Notes under the pieces: model-generated
Database searches by the model: none
Told to the model about the DNA's origin: nothing
The model's input: only the letters and a program-made list of their open reading frames with translations
Made by a program: the position numbers and the translations under genes
Assembly (NCBI GenBank): GCA_043228905.1
Contig: JBHGNT010000011.1
Location: 1,922,001 to 1,986,000 of the forward strand
Direction of reading: 5' to 3'
DNA length: 64,000 nt
DNA from: Azolla caroliniana
Lineage: Eukaryota; Plantae; Polypodiophyta
Part shown: positions 1-12,796 of the stretch, piece by piece
Layout: each line of letters opens with the position of its first letter
How positions within the stretch are numbered: position 1 is the first letter of the stretch

Positions 1-2558
1 TTCGCACCAGATATGGGCACTTCGAGTATACGGTCATGCCGTTCGGACTCACTAATGCGCCGGCAGTCTTCCAGCACATGGCGAATGATATATTTCGAGA
101 TCTCTTGGATGATTTTTTGATCATCTATTTGGATGATCTACTGGTTTATTCAAAGACCCAAGAAGAACATGATTCTCATGTACTATTAGTACTAAAACGA
201 CTTCGAGAACATGGTCTGTATGCAAAGTTAGAGAAATGTAGTTTCGGGTGCAACCAAGTGGAGTTTCTCGGCTATGTCATCTCCTCAGAAGGCATATCTA
301 TGGACCCAGCCAAGGTCAAAACGGTGATAGAATGGCACACTCCGCGTTCGGTGCGGGATGTGCAATGCTTCCTAGGCTTTGCAAATTTTTACCGGAAGTT
401 CATACAAAATTACTCAAAAATTGTGCTGCCTCTCACACAGCTCACCAGGAAGGGACAATCATTCATCTGGTCTAAAGAGACGGACATGGCTTTCGAGAGT
501 CTTAAGAAGGCGTTTACATCAGCTCCAATTTTAGGTCATGTGGATCCGGAAAAACCATTCATTATCGAAGCTGACGCATCGGATTTCGCATTGGGGAGCA
601 TTCTGTCACAACAAGGTAACGACGAGAAGCTACATCCTGTGGCTTTCCACTCCCGTAAGTTTGACGCCGCCGAAATCAACTACAAAATTCATGATAAAGA
701 GCTATTAGCAATAGTTGATTCTTTTATGCAATGGAGGCATTTCCTGGAGGGATCTCCTCATCAGGTCACTGTATTCAGTGACCACAAGAACCTTGCCTAC
801 TTTCAAGATGCTCGTGTACTGAATCGACGTCAAGCTCGGTGGGCCCACTTCCTCACACGCTTCGACTTCAAAATTACATATCGTCCGGGGAAGCACCAAG
901 GGAAGGCAGATGCATTATCACGGCGTTCGTATCTAACACCACGTCCCGGTGAGCCAGCTTTCGATAACCAGAAGCAAGTAATCTTGGGTCCAGCACGACT
1001 GCAAGCAGCACAGGTCTTTGACATGCCCGTGGATTCCGACATTACCAATACTATACGTGAGGACTTGAAGACTGACGCTTTCGCCCAAGCTATACTAGCA
1101 CAAATTGACCCCTCTCGAGCGTCATGTTCACAATCACAATCACCAGGTACGGATTATCGGCAATTCAAATACTGTGATGGATTACTCTTCTTTAAAGAAC
1201 TTTTGTATGTTCCTAATGGTTCTTGCCGCCTTCGAGTAGTACAAAACTGCCATGACACATATACAGCAGGACATTTTGGTAGTACTAAAACATTAGATTT
1301 AGTACAACGATCATTCTGGTGGCCCCGTATGCGACAATTTGTCGAAGATTTTGTTCGGACTTGCGATACATGCTGCAGAGCGAAAATGCCAAGACATCAT
1401 CCATATGGTTTATTAGAACCATTACCAATTCCAAGCAAGCCATGGCAATCCATTGCTCTTGACTTCATTACAGATCTTCCAGTCTCTAAGGGATTCAGTG
1501 CGATTCTCACAGTAGTGGATCGATATACGAAGATGGCTCATTTCTTACCATGTACTAAAGAAATATCTAGTGAAGACACCGCCGAAATTGTCATGCGGGA
1601 AGTATGTCGGCATCATGGACTCCCTGATAATATCATCAGCGATCGTGGACCCCAGTTTGTGTCAAAATTCTGGAAGCACCTTTTTAAAATGCTGAAGGTC
1701 ACTTGTAACCTCTCCTCCGGCTACCACCCACAAACCGACGGTCAAGCCGAACGAACAAATCAAACACTGGAGCAGTATCTGCGGTGCTTTCTCAACTATC
1801 ATCAGAATGACTGGGCAGATATTCTTCAGTTCGCCGAATTTGCCTATAATAACGCTATCCACGCATCGACTAAAGTCACGCCATTCTACGCTTATACAGG
1901 ATATCATCCCCGGTGGTGTGTCCTTGAAACCCCAGAAGTGTCCACAAATCCTTGCGCGGAGGATCGTTTGGAGCGGTTACGCAAGATACAAGCGGATTTA
2001 TCTACTCAACTCCAGCAAGCTCAACAATCACACAAGGACTACGCAGATCGTCATCGACTTCCATCCAGTTTTAACATTGGAGATCGGGTGTGGCTGCTAC
2101 GACGACACATCAAGACTACTCGCCCATGTGAGAAGTTGGATTATCGGCGATTAGGTCCTTTCCATATTATCGGGAAGATTAATGATGTCGCTTTTCGTCT
2201 CGAGCTACCTCCGCAACTTCGGATACATCCGGTGTTTCATAGTTCTCTCCTCGAACCCTATCACGAGAGCACTATCCCAGGACGTACTATACAACCACCA
2301 CCTCCTATCGAGCTCGAAGATGGACCTGAGTATGAGGTCGCTGCCATCCTCGATTCCAAGATTGTTCGCAACAAGCTCTACTATCTAGTCGATTGGCTAG
2401 GATATAGTCCCAGCGAGCGTACTTGGGAACCGATCGAGAATGTGACCAATGCTCGTGCTCTTCTAGAAGACTTCCATCGACGATATCCCGAGAAACCGGG
2501 TCCTCAATCCAAAACGACTCGTGGAACTCGTCGTTTTAAAGGGGGGATAGTGTCATAA
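1..2558 (+). CDS. pol: Gypsy pol, partial: RT (YLDD), RNase H (EADASD), integrase (HHCC, D-D35-E, GPF), C-terminal chromodomain
   Basis: Uninterrupted 840-aa ORF 36-2558, open upstream; motifs IIYLDDLL, CHDTYTAGHFG, IISDRGPQF, YEVAAILDSK..YYLVDWLGY..RTWEP. Confidence 0.95.
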   Translation, partial: RTRYGHFEYTVMPFGLTNAPAVFQHMANDIFRDLLDDFLIIYLDDLLVYSKTQEEHDSHVLLVLKRLREHGLYAKLEKCSFGCNQVEFLGYVISSEGISMDPAKVKTVIEWHTPRSVRDVQCFLGFANFYRKFIQNYSKIVLPLTQLTRKGQSFIWSKETDMAFESLKKAFTSAPILGHVDPEKPFIIEADASDFALGSILSQQGNDEKLHPVAFHSRKFDAAEINYKIHDKELLAIVDSFMQWRHFLEGSPHQVTVFSDHKNLAYFQDARVLNRRQARWAHFLTRFDFKITYRPGKHQGKADALSRRSYLTPRPGEPAFDNQKQVILGPARLQAAQVFDMPVDSDITNTIREDLKTDAFAQAILAQIDPSRASCSQSQSPGTDYRQFKYCDGLLFFKELLYVPNGSCRLRVVQNCHDTYTAGHFGSTKTLDLVQRSFWWPRMRQFVEDFVRTCDTCCRAKMPRHHPYGLLEPLPIPSKPWQSIALDFITDLPVSKGFSAILTVVDRYTKMAHFLPCTKEISSEDTAEIVMREVCRHHGLPDNIISDRGPQFVSKFWKHLFKMLKVTCNLSSGYHPQTDGQAERTNQTLEQYLRCFLNYHQNDWADILQFAEFAYNNAIHASTKVTPFYAYTGYHPRWCVLETPEVSTNPCAEDRLERLRKIQADLSTQLQQAQQSHKDYADRHRLPSSFNIGDRVWLLRRHIKTTRPCEKLDYRRLGPFHIIGKINDVAFRLELPPQLRIHPVFHSSLLEPYHESTIPGRTIQPPPPIELEDGPEYEVAAILDSKIVRNKLYYLVDWLGYSPSERTWEPIENVTNARALLEDFHRRYPEKPGPQSKTTRGTRRFKGGIVS

Positions 2559-2840
2559 CTAGACTCGAACCCATAACCTTTTGTTACACGGGTCGAGACT
2601 TTACCATTAGGTTATGAATTGTAATTTGAAGGATATTATTTTCATTTAGGTTTTATTAGGAAATTGATGTATATTCCAGATTTCTCTGGAACATTCTAGA
2701 AACTTCAGGAGTATTCCTGAAGACACTATAAAAGGAGGCGCAAGGCATTAGTTCGAACCAAATCGGTTCAACGCCAGTCTTAAGCCTTCTAACCACTGTT
2801 GTATATCTTCCTTCATATAATACATATATCTTTCGCATCA

Positions 2841-2891
<51 letters not shown>

Positions 2892-3017
2892 CCTTCTCTC
2901 AAAGTTCGACACCTCTCATAGTACTAATCCTTCTCTGTCTTAGTACTATTCCCCGACAATAGTACTAATCCTTCTTTTAGTACTAATTCCTTCTCTGCCT
3001 TAATAGAGTTCCTGACA
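2551..3017 (+). repeat. 3' LTR of the chromovirus
   Basis: Follows the PPT; TGTCA/TGACA termini; TATA (CTATAAAAG); (CT)n tract about 2845-2888; related to the element B LTRs. Confidence 0.9.
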
Positions 3018-4320
3018 GTCATAAAGATGACGTCGATCCAAACCGTGTTGAGCATCACGGCCAACATGGACCTCAGTCGAACAACTGAACGTTAAGACTG
3101 CCTTCCTTTATGGAGATTTGGAGGAAGAGATATACATGCACCAGCCGGAAGGATTCATGGAGAAAGGTAAAGAAAATATGGTATGCCGATTGAGGAAGAG
3201 CTTGTACAAGTTGAAGCAAGATCCTTCGCAATGGTACCAAAAATTCGAATCCTTCATGATCGACAATGGGTACCACAAAACGCAGGCCGATCACTACGTA
3301 TTTGTGAAGAAATTCGACGGAGGAGATTTCCTCATCCTCCTGTTGTACGTGGACGACATGTTAATTCTCGGACGGGACCATACAAAGATCCAAGTGCTGA
3401 AGAAAGCCTTGAGCAGATCGTTCTCGATGAAGGATATGGGTCCGACAAAGCAAATCTTGGGAATGCACATTGTTTGGGATCGAATAAAGAAATTGTTGTG
3501 GCTGTCACAAGAAAAATACATGACAAAGGTGCTCCAGAGATTCGGCATGGAAAGCACGAAACTGATCGGCTTGACACTACCAACGAACTACAAGCTAAGC
3601 AAAGAACAATGTCTGAAATCGAAAACCGAGAAGGCCAAAATGTCAGAAGTTCCTTATTCCTTGGCATTTGGAAGTCTGATGTATGCGATGGTATGTACCA
3701 GGCCGAACATAGGATACGCAGTCGGCGTGGTTAGCCGATACATGAGAAACCCTGGAAGAAAGCATTGGGCTGCCACGAAGTGGATACTTCGGTACCTAAA
3801 AGGAACCTCGAACGTGTGTCTTCATTTCGGTTCAGGTAACCCCACACTAGAAGGTTATACTGACTCAGACATGTTGGCCGATGTGGATACCACATGATCC
3901 ACGTCCGGGTATGTAATGACTTATGTAGGGGGAGCCGTTTCGTGGCAGTCAAGGCTGCAGAAGGCCGTGGCGCTGTCGAGCACGGAAGCCGAATATATGG
4001 CCGTAGTGGAAGTCGGCAAGGAAATCATATGGATGAAGGAGTTTATCGCTCAATAGGGAATTCGGCAGGAGGAATTCCAACTCCATTGCGATAACCAGAG
4101 TGCCATCCACCTTGCGAAAAATGCCGCCTACCACTCACAGACCAAACACATCCAGAGAAGATATCATTGGCTCCGAGAGTGAGTAGAAGAAAAGGAGTTT
4201 GCTCTAGTCAAGATCCACATGGCTAAAAATGGATCAGATATGTTGAGAAGGTGTTGTCAGTCGAAAAGCTAAACGCGTGCTGATAGAGAGTCAGTTTGGT
4301 GAAGTACCCCATGCCGGAGT
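3018..4320 (+). pseudogene. pol: Ty1/Copia RT-RNase H, degenerate (same family as element C)
   Basis: LLLYVDDML, YAMVCTRPNI, GYTDSD, LSSTEAEY, HCDNQSAIHL motifs with in-frame stops; same 3' end CCCATGCCGGAGTGAAGGGGGAG as element C. Confidence 0.9.
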
Positions 4321-4332
4321 GAAGGGGGAGTT

Positions 4333-4821
4333 TATTGGGAAACATGTCCCTCCAGATGGGAAATCGAAATCGAAATAAAAAACTGAAATTATTTCAGAAG
4401 ACTAATTGTAAATAGTCTAAAATGCCCCTTGTGGGCTATACTTGTAAATAGCCAAAAAGTTGCTTTTGTTTATAAGCAACTAGGGAAAACTTTATTAAGG
4501 TGTAGTTGATCATTATTGAAAAGTTAGAACGAGGTAGTTTCCTGTGTAACCATGAGTGAGAGAGTGAGAGTGTAACTTTGTAGCCGTTTGTCAGACGAAG
4601 GAGAACTCGAGGTCATTGCCTCCGAGTTCTGTATCTATACTTCCTCTCTACTATAGTGATCCGTTTTCTCGAGTTTTGTGGACCCCCGTGGTTTTTTCCC
4701 ATTTTGGGTTTTCCATGTAAAATATCGGTGTCTCTGTATCTTCACGTTTTTGTCTGTGTACTAGTGCTTGGCTTTTGCACATGAACACGAACGTGTAACC
4801 GTTTGTGGCTGGTTAATTCCG
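4333..4821 (+). repeat. Copia 3' LTR, terminal TG mutated and 3' end apparently truncated
   Basis: Follows PPT GAAGGGGGAG 4321-4330; shares GTGGTTTTTCCC..GGGTTTTCCA and GTTTGTGGC..ATTCCG motifs with C-family LTRs; no CA terminus seen. Confidence 0.6.
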
Positions 4822-5536
4822 AATAAAAGGGGGAGGCAAAGCTTGGAAGACCAAGACATGGACATGGTCCGTGTCGTGTAGGTCTTAAGATTGAGGACGA
4901 ATTGGAGAAAGCCAATTTGGATGAGTGCTAGAATGAATCGGAATCACCTGATTCGGACGCGGTGCTTGATTCGGAGGAGCCGAATCAATTGAAGGATAAA
5001 CGGACAAGGAGGCAGCGGAAGTCGAGACCGACACGAAGGAACCGACGGGTCGAGATGCGCTTGAGTCGTAACAACAAAGGAGTTGAGATGGGCCTTTTGA
5101 GGAAACAAGCCGACCGAGAGGGTCAAGGTGTGCGGGACCGTACGGGTCAAGGAAAGCCGAACCAAACCGGACGAGGAATGCGAGCTAGGCGGGATGATGC
5201 TAGGTGGAGCCGGAGGAGAGGACTAGCTACCACAGACATAGACACTGCGATCTAACCTCAAGTTGAGCTTGAGGGGGAGTGTTGAGCGGACAAGCTCAAC
5301 CAGATCCAGTTCGGATGAATAAGCCAGAGCCGGATCGGTGTCCGGATGGTATCCAGAACCAGGAGCCGGATTGGATTGGAACCTGTAGGCCGTTAGAGGC
5401 CTACAAATCTAGCCTAGTACATAGGTAGATTCCTTGGAGTCAGTGTTAGTCGCTCGTATGAGCATTGAAGTACTTGTCAGTACTTCGGTCAGTCCTTTTA
5501 AGAACTTGTATAAAAGGGCTCATTGAGCACATTGTA

Positions 5537-5999
5537 TGTTACTTAGACAAAGGGTCAGACAGACATAGTGGGGAAGCGTCGGAGTCGGAGGTTCGGAGTC
5601 GAAGTCATCATTTTGCCAAATAATAGTTAATACCAAAAATTATAGTTAGTTACAAGTTTTGTAGTTCTTGCCGATAGGGAAATATGTATTTCTTGATGAG
5701 GAAGTCCTTCAAGTTGCCTATAAAACGGAACCGAAGGCATTTTAAAATCGATCGTTTTACTTTTAGTAATATAAGTTTAGTTGTAGGAATTATAGGTGTG
5801 CAACTGTTTCTTTTCTGTTAATCTATCCTACTATGATTGTATTACGTAAGTAACGATCTCGATGTATGTGTAACATCGATAAGATTACAGTAACTTAGTA
5901 TCTATTCGCACAACCACAATTCTTTGATAGAGTATTTAGTACGAAACGTTTGAACTCCGCTATGTGTCGGCAACAGAGTCGGTGGTCGGCCGAACAACA
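5537..5999 (+). repeat. Element A 5' LTR
   Basis: Aligns by eye with 37132-37600. Confidence 0.9.
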
Positions 6000-6010
6000 T
6001 AGTATAATTT

Positions 6011-6023
6011 TGGCACGCCAGGT
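6011..6023 (+). promoter_or_regulatory. Element A primer-binding site, tRNA-Arg type
   Basis: TGGCACGCCAGGT resembles the complement of a plant tRNA-Arg 3' end (recalled sequence, about one mismatch); 11 nt from the LTR. Confidence 0.65.
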
Positions 6024-6057
6024 TACATTTGCAATTAGCAGAGAACAAGTGGAATGG

Positions 6058-8811
6058 ATGTCGTCGTCTGGTCCAGATACACCAATTGATCGTAAACGTT
6101 CTCATACATGTTCAGTTACAAAGAGTGTCCAAGAGGATTCTGCTACACTGGTACAACAAGAAACAAGTCGGAGGTGGTCTTTAGTTCCCGACTTAATTGA
6201 CAACCAGTCAGATGGAGATCAATCGGAAGAGGTATCATTTGACGATATCTGGAGTGAAGACAAGATGCCTTACCCTTACTCGAAGTTTCGAGAAGGCGCT
6301 AATTTAGAAGCGCATATTATGGATTTCTTAACAACATGGGAAATAAACCATGGAGCTCAACGACTATCGGCCGTAGCCGAGGATAAGTCTAAAATAGTTG
6401 GGTTTGTTTTGTCATTAGATGGTCAATCGACAAATTGGTTTGCTCAGAATGGTTTCTGAGCGTTCGAAACATTCAAACAATTAACCAAAAATTTCTTCAA
6501 TTGTTTCATCGACAGATTCCTCAGAAGGATTTGATAGCTCAATTTTATGCATTGTATCAAGAACCCAATGAAACGGTATCACAATTTGTCATTCGATTTC
6601 AGAATTTACACCTACAAATTTCCAGGCCAATTCCGGATTACGAACTAAAGGATATCTTTCTAGAGGCAATTCGGGAACCATTACGAACAACACTAGCGGT
6701 GTTCGATTTCCGAAATCAGTCAATTGAGCAAGCGATTGATAAGGCCATTGCTATGGGTCGAAATCCAAAAAATGAAAGAAGTATGGATATGTCGACATCA
6801 CATCATACTTGGCCAACTATGGAAGAGTTACAATTTCGCCAAGCAGTACAATGTACTACTTGTTTGAATACTGGGCATTCGACAATCGAGTGTAGTTTAC
6901 GTACACATTGCACAATCTGTCACTCTAAGGCCCATTCAGTAGAACAATGTGAATATAATTCTCTTAACAAAGCAACAGCGCCGGTACGGCAAATTTTTCC
7001 GGAAAATGGTTACCAAGATAACCGTAATAGGTTCAATAATCGGTATCAGGAGGATGACCAGTATGATAATCAGAATTATTTGGAAAGGAGACTGAATAAT
7101 GATTGGAATGAATATAGGAGAAATGATAATCAAGGTCCAACACAAGAGGATGCCTGACAATATGATTATCGACAGAATCGAGATCAAGATTTTTCAACAC
7201 CGTAGGATAACAGTCGTCAATAGCAACAAGGAGGTCGTTATTAGAATAAATAGAATCGACCCAACAACAACAAAAAATTCTATAAGGCAAAAGCGTTACG
7301 ACAATTTCAACATGATTCTTAGAGATAAAATCCGGATGGATGTCCCCAATATGAACAGGGTGAAGGCAGTGGATCATTCATTCCTAACTGCTATATTTGT
7401 AGGAAAGATGGACATTATGCAAATCAATGTCCGTCTAAAACCAAAGGAAAAGCACCTGCCGTTAATATGGTGATACCGGAAATTCAGCAGGTCACCTACT
7501 AGAAGTAAAGGTAAACAATCAGAATGGGAAATCTAGGAAGCTGTTAGAAAAGCAACCAAGGAATGGGTGGAAGAAGCAAATAAAAATAATGTGTTAAGGA
7601 TGTTGCAGGACAATGAGATAAACCAAGTTAACGAACTACTCGGAGCAATGAAAGTACAGGAACATGAGGAATCTTGGAAAATCTTGGCTGATTACCAAGT
7701 GTCATTACCCTTGACGGGATTGCTGAAATTGGTTCCACGGTTTACGGAGAAAGTGGCAACTTTGATTGCTCAGAAAGGGATAGAACAGGTAGCAGTTAAT
7801 TATAGTCAGCCAAGTAATAGTCCGACAATTATGGATGAGCAAAATCCATCACTAAGAGTGATAATCCATGGCCAAGAAATAGATGGCGCTATTGTAGATG
7901 GTGGATCAGAAGTAAATGTAATTAATAAAACTACTTGTGACAAGCTTGGTATCACTAAATGGGAAGCATGTCCATTTTGGTTAAGAATGGTCGATACCAG
8001 TACGGTGTGACCGATCGGATTAATTAGGAAATTAGATGTCGTTTTAGGTGGTCACACTTTTCAAATATCAGCAGTAGTGCTTCATTTGGAGGCTCCTGGA
8101 GCATATCCTTTGCTATTAGGGAGGCCATGGTTAAACATTGCCAATATTAAGCAAATTTGGAATCAGAATTTATTAACATTCCGAAAAGGAAAAAATAAAA
8201 TTAGGGTATCCACCTAAAATAAGATTACTACAAGTAGGCAATGTCTGCCGGTTCATGCAGAGGCAATCAATATGATGGAAGGATTGGATGAAGTGGAGGA
8301 GAATAATTATTTTAATGATGACCCAAAAAATATCCCCTTGTTAGAGGTGGACCTATTACAAGCTCTTACATCATATGTTGATCCATAGGATGACTTACCA
8401 CTTGATGATCAAACAATGAAAGAAATCCGCCTTCAGTAGGAGGCTACCGAAAAAGACATGAAAGTATCTCAACAAGTTCAAGCTTCGGCATTAGAGGAGA
8501 TAAATTTAGCTGGGGAAGATAAAACACTTGAACCAAAAGCAATACTGATCGCAAAGGACATGTTGTTAGCTGACAAGCAACAATTAATTGGCTTACTCAA
8601 ATAGTATAAGGATGTGTTCGCTTGGTCCTTCGAAGACATGTAAGGGTTGGATCTAGCTTTCTGTCAACACCAAATTAATATGCATAAAGATGCGAAGCTG
8701 GTTCAACAACGCATGTATCATCTGAATCCTAATTATGCAATTAAGGTCAAAGAAGAAATAGATAAACTACTTAAGGTAGGGTTTATTCATCCTGTGAAAA
8801 AAGCTACATGG
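6058..8811 (+). pseudogene. gag: Element A gag (three CCHC knuckles), protease and RT N-terminus, degenerate
   Basis: Retrotrans-gag core (QEPNETVSQFVIRF); CTTCLNTGHSTIEC, CTICHSKAHSVEQC and CYICRKDGHYANQC (about 7389); protease AIVDGGSEVN; LLLGRPWL; stops and frameshifts. Confidence 0.85.
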
Positions 8812-9246
8812 TGTCAGGAATAGTACTAAAGCAGAGATAGAATTAGTACTAAGAAGAGTAGTACTATTAGTACTAAGAGGACGAGACTGTGTAATATTCC
8901 CGAGAGAGAGGAAGTGAGAAGAGGAGAGAGAGAGATAAGATGATGACAACATCTCTTATATTATATGAAAGATAAGTACAAATCGGCTAAGAGGCTTAAG
9001 ACTGGTGTTGAACCAATTTGGTTCAACATAATGCCTAGTGCCCTCTTTTATAGTGTTCTCAGGAATAATCCTGAAGCTTCTAGAATGTTCGAGAGAGATC
9101 TGGAATATACATCAATTTTCTATGATAAAGCATAAATGAAAATAATATCCTACGTATTACAATTCATAGTCTAATGGTAAGAGCTCGACCCATGTAGCAT
9201 AAGGTCATGGGGTCGAGTCTTGCCATATCATGACACTATCTCCCCC

Positions 9247-12200
9247 TTAAAGACGACGAGTGGAACGAGTCGGCGCTGATTGCGAACTGGGTTTGTCCGA
9301 ATACTTTCGGTGGAAATCAGCAAGAAGATCCTGAGCATTGGCAACATGCTCGACGGGTTCCCAAGTACGTTCGCTTGGACTATAACCGAGCCAATCGACC
9401 AAGTAATAAAGTTTGTTGCGAACAAGTTTGGAATCGAGGATGGCAGCAACTTCATACTTCGGGCCGGCGTCCAACTCCAGCGGGGGCGGCGATGGTGTTG
9501 GCTTTATAAGGTTCAAGAAGAGAACAATGGAAAACCGGATGTATCTGAAGCGGCGGAGGGAGATCAAGGCGGAAGGTGACATCATTAATCTTACCCATAA
9601 TACGGAAGGGACTGAGTCGTCGATAATCCAACTTGTCGCACGGTCGAGTAGTCTTGATGTGACGACGTAAGAGCCATACTCGATCTCCGATGGCAAAAGA
9701 GGAGGGAATCCGATGACAATCCTCATAAGTCTTCAGTGTGTGTTGAGCATGACGAAGGTGAGTAGAGAGATCCATCTGGATCTTGCATAGCCTCTCCAAA
9801 TGATGCTCGGCACGAGGGTTGGTAGGTAGCTCCGGAGTGTCGATCACCGACCAGCGAGGATGGAAACCGGTATAAGCGAAAAATGGGGAGACCTGAGTCG
9901 AGGAGTGAATAGCATTATTATACGCAAACTCCGCAAAGTGGAGAATCTCGGCCCAATCGTCCTGTTGATAACTCAGGAAACACCGGAGATATTGCTCTAG
10001 CGTTTGGTTTGTTCGTTCCGCCTGCCCGTGGGTTTGAGGATGGTAGCCGGAGGAGAGGTTGCAGGAGACCTTGAGCATCTTGAAGAGATGCTGCCAAAAT
10101 TTGGAGACAAATTGCGGGCCTCGGTCACTGATAATACTGTCTGGGAGGCCATGATGCCGAAATACCTCACGCATAACAAGAGCGGCGGTTTCCTCGCTAG
10201 TGATGGCTTTAGTACATGGCACAAAATGTGCCATCTTCGTATATCGATCGACAACGGTTAGGATAGTATCGAACCCCTTCGAGACCGGCAGATCTGTGAT
10301 AAAATCAAGACAAATAGACTGCCACGGTTTACTTGGAATCGGTAAGGCTTCCAACAAGCCATATGGATGGTGTTGTGGCATCTTTGCTCGGCAGCAAGCA
10401 TCACAGGTCCGAACGTAGTCGTCGACAAAACGGCGCATGTGGGGCCACCAAAAAGATCGTTGCACTAGCTCCAACGTCTTAGTACTACTGAAATGTCCCG
10501 CCGTATGGGTGTCATGACAATGTTGGACGATTTGAAGGCGACAGGAGCAATCGGGGACATATACGCGCTTTTTAAAGAATAACAAGCCATCATGATATTC
10601 GAATTGTCGGTAGTCAATACCTGGTTGTTGAGACTGAGAACAGGATGCCCGAGAAGTATCAATGTGCGCCAGGATGTCTTGAGCAAAACTATTCGTCTTC
10701 AAGGTTGCACGTATGTCATCGGTAATCCGTGAATCTATCGGGGTGTGAAAAATCCGCGTCGTGTGCAATTGTGTTGGTCCCAAGATTACTTGCTTTTGAT
10801 TATCAAATGTTGCGTCACCAGGACAAGGTGCAAGATATGAACGCCGTGATAGTGCATCTGCTTTTCCTTGCTGCTTCCCTGGTCGATATGTGATTTTGAA
10901 GTCGAAACGCGTGAGGAATTGCGCCCACTGAGCTTGCCGTCGATTTAGTACGCGAGCGTTCTGAAAATAAGCAAGATTTTTATGATCGCTAAAGACAATG
11001 ACCTGATGTGGAGAGCCCTCTAAGAAATGCCGCCATTGTACAAATGAATCCACGATGGCTAATAACTCCTTGTCATGTATTTCGTAGTTGATTTCTGCGA
11101 CATCGAATTTGCGCGAATGGAAAGCCACTAGATGCAACTCTTCTTTATCGCCTTGTTGAGAAAGGATGCTACCGAGGGCGAAATCTGATGCGTCGGCCTC
11201 CATGATGAATGGTTTGCTTGTATCCACATGAGCTAGAATCGGTACTGATGTAAAGGCTTTCTTAAGATGCTGAAAAGCCATATCTACTTCTATGGACCAA
11301 AGAAATGCTTGGCCCTTCTTCGTAAGTTGTGTGAGAGGTAAAATAATCTTCGAGTAATCCTGTATAAACTTACGGTAGAAGTTAGCAAAACCTAGAAAAC
11401 ATTGTACATCTCGTACCAACCGTGGAATTTGCCACTCTAGTACAGTTTGGATTTTAGCTGGATCCATGGCGATGCCCTTTGAGGAGATGACGTAGCCTAG
11501 AAATTCCACTTGCTTGCAGTCAAAGCTACATTTTTCTAGCTTGGCATAAAGACCATTCTCGCGGAGTAGCTTTAGTACTAATAATACATGAGAATCGTGC
11601 TCTTCCTGGGTCTTCGAATAAATCAATAGATCATCCAGATAAATGATCAAACAGATATCCAAGAGGTCTCTGAATATATCATTTGCCATGTGTTGGAAGA
11701 CTGCGGGTGCATTGGTTAGGCCAAACGGCATAACAGTATACTCGAAATGCCCATACCGTGTGCGAAAGGCGGTCTTCCACTCATCTCCCGGTCGGATCCG
11801 CACGAGGTTATACGCTCCTCGTAGGTCGATTTTAGTAAAAAACTTGGCACCATTAACTCACTCTAAAAGACTTGATATAAGAGGAAGTGCATACCTATTC
11901 CGGATGGTGACTTTATTCAATCCGCGGTAATCAACGACAAGACGAAGTGAGCCATCTTTCTTCTTGACAAAGAAGATGGGTGCACCAGCCGGAGATTTCG
12001 AATGGCGGATGAACCCGCTTGCCAAGTTCTCCTCTATGTAGGCTCAAAGGACTTCTAACTCGGTGGGTGACAAGTTGTAAATTGGTCCCCATGGTGGCTC
12101 GGTTCCTGGTTGTAAATCGATGGGACAGTCATAGGGACGGTGATGAGGAAGGGTATCGGCTTTTACCTTGTCAAATACATCGGCATAAGGATGATATTTT

Positions 12201-12796
12201 GCTGGAAGTTGTACTGAGGAGTCCTTAATAGTGCTGGAAGGATGTACTGATATTGCAAATAGGAACATTGCCTCCTTGGGTCCTTCTTCGCGTAGTTGAT
12301 GGAGTGAAATGGTCGAAACTTGGTGAGTTGATTCTTGGGGTGGTTGATATCGGACTTCTCTTGTTCTCCAATCTATGGCTGGATTATGTAATTCAAACCA
12401 AGGTAATCCTAGGACAATGGGATGCTCTGGACTACTAATTATATTAAATGATATTACACACACAAAACTACCTAGGACAACTTGAATGGGTTATGATTCT
12501 TCTACAATATTCCCGGAAGCAATGGGACGACCATCAATGACTACTACAGATGCGGGACAAGGAAGTTTTCTTAAGGATATCTGAGAAGCTTGGGCAAAAT
12601 TTCGATCCATGAAATAGGAATTAGCTCCGGAATCTAAAAGTGCTAGGACGGGTACTGGGGGAGTACTTTTAGTACTAACAATGACTTGGGCTAGGAACAC
12701 ATTGCTAACTTGCTTGGAAGGAATGGAACCACTAATGGGCTGTACAGATCTAGGGCTGTTGTCCAACCAAAAGACTCCTATTTTGGCTGGACTCAA
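9247..12796 (-). pseudogene. pol: Element B pol: PR (LLDSGA), RT, RH, INT, chromodomain
   Basis: ORFs 12491-12796, 12044-12463, 9452-11803 and 9247-9726; a few stops; a linker deletion shifts the chromodomain out of frame. Confidence 0.9.

Larger units (their letters stand above)
1..3017 (+). mobile_element. Ty3/Gypsy chromovirus (Tcn1-like), 3' part; 5' end is outside the window; inserted into a Copia RT
   Basis: RT-RH-INT-chromodomain ORF, PPT AAAGGGGGGATAG 2538-2550, LTR TGTCA...TGACA 2551-3017. Copia RT sequence (VIKMTSIQTVLS) resumes at 3018. Confidence 0.9.

Noticed and set aside
4822-5270. Arg-rich 97-aa ORF 4962-5255
   Set aside because: Non-ATG start and low complexity; lies in the presumed 3' UTR before the PPT of element F.
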